A stretch of DNA of 32,000 nucleotides, from the NCBI GenBank assembly GCA_041395025.1, contig JAWLBH010000001.1, forward strand, positions 840,001-872,000, in the 5' to 3' direction. Under the pieces are notes generated by a model. That model was not told the origin of the DNA, did no database searches, and was given only the letters and a program-made list of their open reading frames with translations. The DNA is from Chlamydiales bacterium (GTDB lineage: Bacteria > Chlamydiota > Chlamydiia > Chlamydiales > JAAKFR01). The position numbers were made by a program, and so were the translations under genes. Shown here in pieces: positions 25,754 through 32,000 of the stretch (its first letter is position 1; each line of letters begins with the position of its first letter).

Positions 25754-26079
25754 ATTTTAACACAAAAAAGCCATTCTATATAAAGAATCAAAAAGATGCA
25801 ATGAGACTTACCTTTTCAGAGACTATTGATATACAATTTCAATTTATGACCATGATCCCTAGTTTTTAAAAGAGAGATGACATCTTCTCATTCAGCTAAT
25901 TAGATAGGATGAGTCAGATGACAATTGCGTTTAAGAATTAGGATATTTAGTGCATTTTTCTCGAAATTTTGGAGAGTTTATGTTATTTCTTCATTAAACT
26001 GACTTTAAGCGGGATTGTTCTAGTTGCAATTTAAAAAAAGCCATCTATTCAATTTAATATTTGAAAAGGATAAGACATT

Positions 26080-26886
26080 GTGGAAGAAGCAATAGAAATC
26101 ATTGATTGGGATGCGATTCGAGTCAGTCCTTTCCAACCACGACGCCGTTTTTCGGATCAGGAGATTGATCAGCTTGCTGTCTCTATTCGAGCTGTGGGTT
26201 TAATTCATCCTCCGGTTGTTAGAAAGATTGTGAGTGGGAATAAAATCCTTTATTATGAACTCATTGCTGGAGAGCGACGTTGGCGTGCGGCTAAGCGTGC
26301 AGGTCTGCAAAAACTTTCGGTAATTGTCCGTGAGGCAGATGATGAATATGCTGCTAAGTCGACGTTAATTGAAAATGTTCAACGTGTCAATCTTGACCCG
26401 ATTGAAATGGCAGAAGCTTTTCAGAAATTGATGACTGTTTTTCGTATGACTCAAGAAGAAGTTGCTGAAAAAGTAGGGAAAAAACGTTCTACAATTGCGA
26501 ATTATTTACGTTTATTAGCTCTGCCCGAATCCATTCGAAAAGCTCTTTCTCAAGGAAAAATTTCTATGGGGCATGCTAAAGCAATCCTCTCTCTTGATCA
26601 TCCAGACCCACAAAATCAGCTCACAAAATTAATTCAAGAAAAACAGATGACTGTAAGGGATGCAGAAGAAGAGAGTGCTCGATTCACCTGTAAAAATCAT
26701 GAGAGATCTTGCTCAAAAGGACAAAAAATAGAAAATATGGAAAGAAAGCTCAAAGTTTGTTTTGAAAGAAAAGTTGAAATTATTCCCTCAAAAAGAGGTG
26801 GGAAAATGATTTTTCATTATTGTAGTTTCGATGATCTTGATCATCTTTATGCATTGTTGAATCTTACAGATTCGGAATGTATATAA
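26080..26886 (+). CDS. parB: Chromosome partitioning protein ParB
   Basis: ParB box LIAGERRWRAAKRAGL, N-terminal I-x-x-I-x-V-x-P-F-Q-P-R-R-x-F, and HTH region MTQEEVAEKVGKKRSTIANYLRLL. GTG start. Position equals CT688. Confidence 0.92.
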   Translation: MEEAIEIIDWDAIRVSPFQPRRRFSDQEIDQLAVSIRAVGLIHPPVVRKIVSGNKILYYELIAGERRWRAAKRAGLQKLSVIVREADDEYAAKSTLIENVQRVNLDPIEMAEAFQKLMTVFRMTQEEVAEKVGKKRSTIANYLRLLALPESIRKALSQGKISMGHAKAILSLDHPDPQNQLTKLIQEKQMTVRDAEEESARFTCKNHERSCSKGQKIENMERKLKVCFERKVEIIPSKRGGKMIFHYCSFDDLDHLYALLNLTDSECI

Positions 26887-26952
26887 TAGACTCAATATTT
26901 TAGAGGAATCAATAGAGATCAACCCTCAAATCTAAAATGTATTTTCCGGTAA

Positions 26953-27771
26953 TCAAAGGGAAAGGTTTTTTTTATTACGTGGATGTCTTTTTGGAATCGA
27001 TGCAATTAACAGCTGAGTATGTGTGTGTTTAGGATTTTGAAAAATCCTTTCAGTGATGCCTTCTTCAACAATTTTTCCTCGATGCATGACAAGAATATAA
27101 TCACAAAAATGCCGTACAATTGAAAGATCATGAGAGATAAAAAGATAACTCAATTTATAGCTCTCTTTGAGACTTTGAAGGAGGTTAAGAATTTGAGCTT
27201 GAATAGAAAGATCAAGAGCAGAAACAGCTTCATCGCAGATGACTAATTTAGGTTGAAGACCAATAGCTCGTCCGATTGAGAGACGTTGTTGTTGACCTCC
27301 TGAAAACTGATGAGGATAATGGTTAAGAGTAGAGATTGGAATCCCAACATTTTTGAGGATTTTTTTGACTTCTTCAATTTCTTCATCGTGAGAAGAGACT
27401 TTTTTGTGGAAAAGAAGAGGTTCTCCAAGATTTTGAAGTACTGTTTTACGAGGATTTAGTGAAGCAAGTGGATCTTGGAATACCATTTGTACTTTAGAGC
27501 GTAGTCTTCGAAGCTGCGATTGTGAAGCGAGTTGAAAATCTTGTCCTAGAAACTCAATCTCTCCTTCAGTAGGCTCTACCAAACGAATCGCTGTACGTCC
27601 AACGGTGCTTTTGCCAGATCCTGACTCACCGATCAAACCAATCACTTTGCCTTCTTTGATTGAAAATGATACCCCATCAACTGCTTTAATTGTCCCTGAT
27701 TGACGTCGAAAAATTCCTCGCTTAATGGGAAAATATTTCTTTAAATTTTTAACTTTTAGAAGTTCTTTCAT
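26953..27771 (-). CDS. dppF: Oligopeptide/dipeptide ABC transporter ATP-binding protein (DppF/OppF type)
   Basis: Walker A GESGSGKST, signature FSGGQQQRLSIGRA, Walker B LVICDEAVSALD, H-loop ISHD. Confidence 0.9.
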   Translation of the reverse strand: MKELLKVKNLKKYFPIKRGIFRRQSGTIKAVDGVSFSIKEGKVIGLIGESGSGKSTVGRTAIRLVEPTEGEIEFLGQDFQLASQSQLRRLRSKVQMVFQDPLASLNPRKTVLQNLGEPLLFHKKVSSHDEEIEEVKKILKNVGIPISTLNHYPHQFSGGQQQRLSIGRAIGLQPKLVICDEAVSALDLSIQAQILNLLQSLKESYKLSYLFISHDLSIVRHFCDYILVMHRGKIVEEGITERIFQNPKHTHTQLLIASIPKRHPRNKKNLSL

Positions 27772-28768
27772 GAAGATATTTCAAATCCGATGGTTGATCA
27801 TATAACCAACACGATGTTTTATGGTTTTTTTGAAGCAAAGAGAAAGATGAAAGAGGATGAGAACGGCATTTATCCATAGCCTTTGGGCAACGAGGATGGA
27901 AAGGACAGCCAATAGGTAGTTCTTCCAAAGGAGGCACAGAACCTTTAATGGTGGGTAGGTACCTCCGAGATCCTCTATGATCAGGAGAGGCGGCAAAGAG
28001 TGCTTGAGTATAGGGATGAGCTGGGTAATCAAAAATTGTTTCCACATCCCCTTCTTCAATCTGTTTGCCTCCATACATTACGATGACTTCATCAGCAATC
28101 TCAGCCACTACTCCCATGTCATGAGTAATAATTAAAATCGCCATCCCTTTTTTTTCTTGTATCTCTTTTAAAAGCAAAAGAATTTGAGCTTGAATGGTCA
28201 TGTCGAGAGCAGTGGTTGGTTCATCAGCAATCAAAATGCTAGGAGAACAAATTAGGGCCATTGCAATCATCACTCGCTGAAGCATACCACCTGACAGTTG
28301 ATGAGGATAAGATTTCATAAGATCTAAAGGATCTCTTAAGTGAACCTCTTTAAAAGTTTGTAATACAAGATTTTGGGCAGCTTCAGCTTCTAGTTTAAGA
28401 TGAGTATCTACCACTTCAAGCATTTGATAACCAATTGTATAAATAGGGTTTAAAGCCATTGTAGGATTTTGAAAGATCATCGCAATTTCTCGTCCACGAA
28501 TTTGAGACATTCTTGCTTCTGAAAGGCCAAGAAGATTAATTCCTCGAAATAAAACCTCTCCTTGTGGTGGAAGAGCTGGGGGAGTGGGCAAAATCCCTAG
28601 AAGAGATTGAGCTGTTAGAGATTTACCACAGCCAGATTCTCCCACTAGTGCAAGTGTGCGTCCTCGTTTTAAATCAAAAGAAAGGTGATCCACAACTGTA
28701 TAACACTTACTATTCATTCTTAGACGAGTGGTTAGATTGCGCACTTGTAATATCATAGATCTATACAT
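27749..28768 (-). CDS. dppD: Oligopeptide/dipeptide ABC transporter ATP-binding protein (DppD/OppD type)
   Basis: Walker A GESGCGKSL, signature LSGGMLQRVMIAMA, Walker B ILIADEPTTALD, and the C-terminal oligopeptide-ABC extension with Cys motif CPFHPRCPKAMDKC. An alternative start is ATG 28756 (MILQVRNL). It overlaps dppF by 23 nt. Confidence 0.9.
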   Translation of the reverse strand: MYRSMILQVRNLTTRLRMNSKCYTVVDHLSFDLKRGRTLALVGESGCGKSLTAQSLLGILPTPPALPPQGEVLFRGINLLGLSEARMSQIRGREIAMIFQNPTMALNPIYTIGYQMLEVVDTHLKLEAEAAQNLVLQTFKEVHLRDPLDLMKSYPHQLSGGMLQRVMIAMALICSPSILIADEPTTALDMTIQAQILLLLKEIQEKKGMAILIITHDMGVVAEIADEVIVMYGGKQIEEGDVETIFDYPAHPYTQALFAASPDHRGSRRYLPTIKGSVPPLEELPIGCPFHPRCPKAMDKCRSHPLSSFSLLQKNHKTSCWLYDQPSDLKYLHERTSKS

Positions 28769-28817
28769 TATCGATTGAATATATTAAGATTATAGGGAAA
28801 ACATTTGATAAAAAGCT

Positions 28818-29492
28818 ATGCAGACCTTAGCACGAATTTTTGGTCGTTCTCCTTTTGCTCCTTTGCAGACTCATATGGAAAAGGTAGCAATTTGTGTAAA
28901 GAAATTGGTCTCTTTATTTGATGCACTTTCAAAAAAAGATTACCAACTTATTGCTCTAATTGCTAAAGAAGTTTCACAGCTTGAACATGAAGCTGATCTA
29001 ACTAAAAATGAAATTCGTAATAATCTTCCCACAGGGCTTTTTCTCCCGATTGCGCGTACAAGTTTATTAGAAATTTTAGCTCTTCAGGATAATATTGCGG
29101 ATCGAATAGAAGATGCAGCAGTGCTACTAACCTTTGGAAATCTTGAAATTCTCCCTTTTTTTGAATCAGAGCTCCAATCTTTTTTAGAAAAAAATCTTGA
29201 AACATTTGATGGAGTTTACAAAATTATACAAGAAATGGATCAGCTCCTTGAAAGCTCATTTGGAGGAAAGGAAGCTGAAAAAGTACGTAAGATTGTTGAT
29301 GAGGTTGCATTTAAAGAACATGAATGTGATCTCGTCCAGCGTTCTTTATTGAAAAAGATGTTTCAGGATTGTGATCAGATATCCAATCCCACTTTTTTTT
29401 TATGGATGAAAGTGATTCAAGAGATCGCCTCTTTATCAGATGGTTCTGAAAAACTTGCTAATCGAGTTAGAATGACCCTTGAGGTTAAATAG
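28818..29492 (+). CDS. PhoU-like phosphate transport regulator (DUF47/TIGR00153 family), partner of Pit
   Basis: 224-aa all-helical protein with a duplicated E-x-x-x-D style motif (LEHEADLTKNEIR…, FKEHECDLVQRSL…), located 5 nt upstream of a PiT-family permease. This pairing is conserved in many bacteria and matches CT691-CT692. Confidence 0.8.
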   Translation: MQTLARIFGRSPFAPLQTHMEKVAICVKKLVSLFDALSKKDYQLIALIAKEVSQLEHEADLTKNEIRNNLPTGLFLPIARTSLLEILALQDNIADRIEDAAVLLTFGNLEILPFFESELQSFLEKNLETFDGVYKIIQEMDQLLESSFGGKEAEKVRKIVDEVAFKEHECDLVQRSLLKKMFQDCDQISNPTFFLWMKVIQEIASLSDGSEKLANRVRMTLEVK

Positions 29493-29497
29493 GACGA

Positions 29498-30898
29498 ATG
29501 TCGGTTCCAATCCTTCTTCTCTCTCTAGCTGTTTTAAGTGGATTTTATGTTGCTTGGAACATTGGAGCTAATGATGTAGCCAATGCTGTTGGCCCTGCAG
29601 TTGGTTCAGGAGCTCTTAAGCTTAGGCAAGCAGTAATTATTGCTGCAATTTTTGAATTTGCTGGAGCTTTTTTTCTCGGAGGAAGTGTCTCATCAACTGT
29701 AGAATCAGGAATCATTAATTCAGAAATTTTTTCCCATAACATGATGGATTATGTCTATGGCATGCTGGCTTCTCTTCTTGCAGCAGGATTATGGTTGCAG
29801 ATTGCTTCTTATTTTGGCTGGCCTGTCTCTACCACCCATTCGATTGTTGGAGCTGTAGTAGGATTTGGCCTTGTCTTAGGGGGAATGGATTCTATTTATT
29901 GGGGACAAATCGGTTCTATTGCAGCAAGCTGGCTGATCTCTCCTTTTCTTGGTGGGGCATTTTCCTTTCTTATTTTTTCTTTAATACGTCGTAAGATTCT
30001 TTATCATCACAATCCAGTCTTAGCAGCGAAACGCTTAACTCCTTACCTTGTCTTCCTGATGTTTTTTATTTTATCGATTATTATTTTTTTTGGAGGTCTG
30101 GCTCACTTTAGAATTGAGTTAGATTTATTCGAAATAGCACCAATCGCAGGGGGGATTGGGATCATTTGTGCCATGATTTCGATTATCTTAGTTAAAAAGA
30201 TTAAAGAACCTCATGAACCTGTGCCTCGACATAATATTGGAGTCGAGATGGGTTTGAAAAAAGTACAAAAACATCTTCTTCGCGTGGAAGCCATATCACT
30301 TGGATTAATGCAAGATAAAGTGAGAGATCTTCTTGAAGAAGTTCGACTTTTGAGTGACAAGATTGAATGCTCTGAAGTAGATAATGACTACATTCTAGTA
30401 GAAAAAATTTTTATCTATCTTCAAATCATTATTGCTTGTTTTATGGCTTTTGCCCATGGGTCGAATGATGTCGCTAATACAATTGGTCCTCTTTCAGCCA
30501 TTTTTAATATTATACAAGGGCAGACAATTCACGGAACAACCATTCCCTTTTGGTTACTATTTCTTGGAGGTATTGGGATTGTATTTGGGCTTGCTACCTG
30601 GGGATGGAGGGTGATTGAAACCGTAGGTCGAAAAATTACTGCACTTACCCCCTCGCGTAGTTTTGCCGCAGGTTTTGGTGCAGCAGTTACAATTATGATT
30701 GCCTCAAAGCTCGGTCTTCCTATCTCAACAACACATGTTCTTGTTGGTGCTGTCCTAGGTGTGGGTTTTGCCCGTGGAATTGGTGCAATTAATCTCAGAA
30801 CAATCCGTGATATTCTCATATCATGGATGATTACCGTGCCAGCTGGGGCAATTTTATCAATATTTTTCTTCTGGATTATTAGTCTGATTTTTTCTTAA
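29498..30898 (+). CDS. pit: Inorganic phosphate transporter, PiT (PHO4) family
   Basis: The duplicated PiT signature GANDVANA (aa 23-30) and GSNDVANT (aa ~321-328), about 10 TM segments, and a central hydrophilic loop. Confidence 0.92.
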   Translation: MSVPILLLSLAVLSGFYVAWNIGANDVANAVGPAVGSGALKLRQAVIIAAIFEFAGAFFLGGSVSSTVESGIINSEIFSHNMMDYVYGMLASLLAAGLWLQIASYFGWPVSTTHSIVGAVVGFGLVLGGMDSIYWGQIGSIAASWLISPFLGGAFSFLIFSLIRRKILYHHNPVLAAKRLTPYLVFLMFFILSIIIFFGGLAHFRIELDLFEIAPIAGGIGIICAMISIILVKKIKEPHEPVPRHNIGVEMGLKKVQKHLLRVEAISLGLMQDKVRDLLEEVRLLSDKIECSEVDNDYILVEKIFIYLQIIIACFMAFAHGSNDVANTIGPLSAIFNIIQGQTIHGTTIPFWLLFLGGIGIVFGLATWGWRVIETVGRKITALTPSRSFAAGFGAAVTIMIASKLGLPISTTHVLVGAVLGVGFARGIGAINLRTIRDILISWMITVPAGAILSIFFFWIISLIFS

Positions 30899-31202
30899 CT
30901 GTGTTGATAAAGAAACTCTCAGAAAAGAAAAAATTGAATGAAAAATTATGATGAGTTAGAGAGATTTTTAGCAAATTCAGACTGCTCATAATCGTAAAAT
31001 TTTAATTTAAAATCTGAATTATCATAGTAAGAAAATTTTATTTTATTCTGTGAATTTTAGAATTAATATGAATTAATTTTGAAAGAAAAATTAAAAATTT
31101 GGTAAATTAGAAAATTGACTTAAAACTTCAATGGCAAGATTTAAAGGATAACATTTTTCCTTTGAAGAGTTGCAAGGTGTTGATGACTATTTTGGATCTG
31201 TG

Positions 31203-32000
31203 ATGGAAAAAATTGAAGCAGCGATTCAGGCAATTGCAAGAGGTGAATTTGTCATTGTGACTGATGATGCTGATCGAGAAAATGAGGGAGATTTAATTCT
31301 TGCAGCTGAGAAAATGACAACGGACAAGATGACATTTCTTCTCAAGCATTCCAGTGGAGTTGTATGTGTTGCAACAACAGGTGAGCGGTTAGATCGTCTT
31401 CATCTTCCTCCAATGGTTAGCCATAATACTGAATCTCATCGAACAGCTTTTACCGTTTCTATTGATCTATGTCATCAAACAACAACAGGGATCTCAGCAG
31501 AGGATCGAGCAAAAACAATTCGTGCATTGGCAAATCCCTTGACTCAGCCTTATGAATTTCGTCGTCCAGGGCATATTTTTCCTTTAAGGTCTTGCGATGG
31601 AGGTGTTCTGAAACGCGCTGGACATACTGAAGCTGCTGTAGATCTTACACGTTTAGCTGGATTAGATCCTACTGGAGTATTATGTGAAGTTGTTAATAGT
31701 GACTATTCAATGGCACGCATGGCTGATTTAGAGCTCTTTGCTAAAAAACATTCTATCCCTTTAATTTCAATTGCAGATTTAATTTGTTATCGAAGAAGTC
31801 GAGAAAAACTTATTAAATGTGTTTCAAGAGCTCGTCTACCAACTTCTTTTGGCAATTTTATTGCTTATGCCTATGAATCAATCATTGATGGAGTACAACA
31901 CTTAGCCCTTGTGAAAGGAGAGGTAGCAGGAGAAGAGAATATCCTTGTACGTGTCCATTCAGAATGTCTTACGGGAGATATTTTTGGATCAAATCGTTGT
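31203..32000 (+). CDS. ribBA: Bifunctional 3,4-dihydroxy-2-butanone-4-phosphate synthase / GTP cyclohydrolase II, 5' part (runs off the window)
   Basis: The frame is open from ATG 31203 to the window edge (266 codons): MEKIEAAIQAIARGEFVIVTDDADRENEGDLILAAE… (RibB motif DRENEGD), …HTEAAVDL…, then the RibA start RVHSECLTGDIFGSNRC. It is absent from the ORF track because no stop is reached. Confidence 0.92.
   Translation, partial: MEKIEAAIQAIARGEFVIVTDDADRENEGDLILAAEKMTTDKMTFLLKHSSGVVCVATTGERLDRLHLPPMVSHNTESHRTAFTVSIDLCHQTTTGISAEDRAKTIRALANPLTQPYEFRRPGHIFPLRSCDGGVLKRAGHTEAAVDLTRLAGLDPTGVLCEVVNSDYSMARMADLELFAKKHSIPLISIADLICYRRSREKLIKCVSRARLPTSFGNFIAYAYESIIDGVQHLALVKGEVAGEENILVRVHSECLTGDIFGSNRC

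Noticed and set aside
25764-26044. The 11-mer AAAAAAGCCAT occurs at both ends of the parB upstream intergenic region (25764-25774 and 26034-26044), followed by TCTAT and CTATT respectively.
   Set aside because: The match is short, A-rich and has an indel in its extension. There is no associated inverted repeat, target-site duplication or mobile gene, so it is probably chance.
25754-26886. Searched for parS sites (TGTTNCACGTGAAACA type) around and within parB. Also checked a CGTGAAAC half-site inside sufS near 22424.
   Set aside because: No full palindromic parS was seen by eye anywhere in the window. The sufS match is only one half-site and its left arm does not match.
886-30819. About 30 short ORFs (60-134 aa) from the six-frame track lie antisense to or nested inside the long genes. 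Examples: 886-1113, 1219-1497, 1863-2087, 2968-3180, 3325-3729, 5201-5419, 6822-7013, 9369-9678, 10753-10965, 11622-12238, 13296-13845, 14077-14271, 17940-18140, 18336-18560, 19072-19386, 21517-21741, 22045-22251, 24308-24746, 27243-27428, 27781-28074, 28564-28758, 29002-29205, 29545-29994 and 30432-30819.
   Set aside because: Each is fully or largely embedded in a confidently assigned gene with strong family motifs on the other strand or frame. Their translations are low-complexity (Ser/Leu/Phe/Lys-rich mirror-frame products) with no recognisable motifs. Such ORFs are expected by chance in AT-rich DNA.
30899-31202. Looked for an FMN (RFN) riboswitch or other leader upstream of ribBA.
   Set aside because: The 300-nt region is extremely AT-rich and lacks the GC-rich conserved RFN core helices. 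There is only an 8-bp AT-rich inverted repeat (AATTCAGA…TCTGAATT) and a weak TTGACT -35-like hexamer. Nothing supports a riboswitch call.
1-32000. Scanned for CRISPR arrays, IS/transposase or integrase genes, prophage genes, toxin-antitoxin pairs, rRNA and known defence-system signatures.
   Set aside because: None were seen. All long ORFs are accounted for by housekeeping, T3SS or envelope functions, and no spaced direct-repeat array is present.

Overview
This is a low-GC (about 35% by eye), densely coding bacterial chromosome segment. By my recollection, its gene order follows the Chlamydia trachomatis CT670-CT692 region almost gene for gene. The order is: a type III secretion module (sctO 3' end, sctP, sctQ, Ser/Thr kinase pkn5, secretin sctC); mcsB-mcsA; tRNA-Lys and tRNA-Glu; frr-pyrH-tsf-rpsB; tRNA-Gly; a giant PBP2; a TPR protein; sufBCDS; parB; dppF-dppD; a PhoU-like/DUF47 gene with a Pit phosphate permease; then the 5' part of ribBA. 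There is no ompA (MOMP) between rpsB and pbp2, and several genes are absent from the Chlamydiaceae layout, which points to an environmental, Parachlamydiaceae-like member of the Chlamydiae (inference). The extra genes are a TPR lipoprotein directly after the secretin, a Wza/OPX-like export lipoprotein before sufB, and a roughly 3.2 kb insert between sufS and parB. That insert holds a small 2-TM protein, a CE4 deacetylase, a GT2 glycosyltransferase, a possible 50-aa sORF and a membrane-anchored helical-repeat protein. I found no CRISPR array, IS element, integrase, rRNA or recognisable defence system. The best leads are at the protein-motif level. The McsB homologue appears to lack the phosphagen-kinase catalytic residues. 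The Pkn5 kinase carries a C-terminal SpoIIE/PP2C-like domain with substituted metal-binding residues. The secretin-adjacent TPR lipoprotein is a pilotin candidate. An orphan OPX gene and the GT2/CE4 pair suggest a glycan function. All homology statements come from reading the translations and from memory of the families; nothing was searched.
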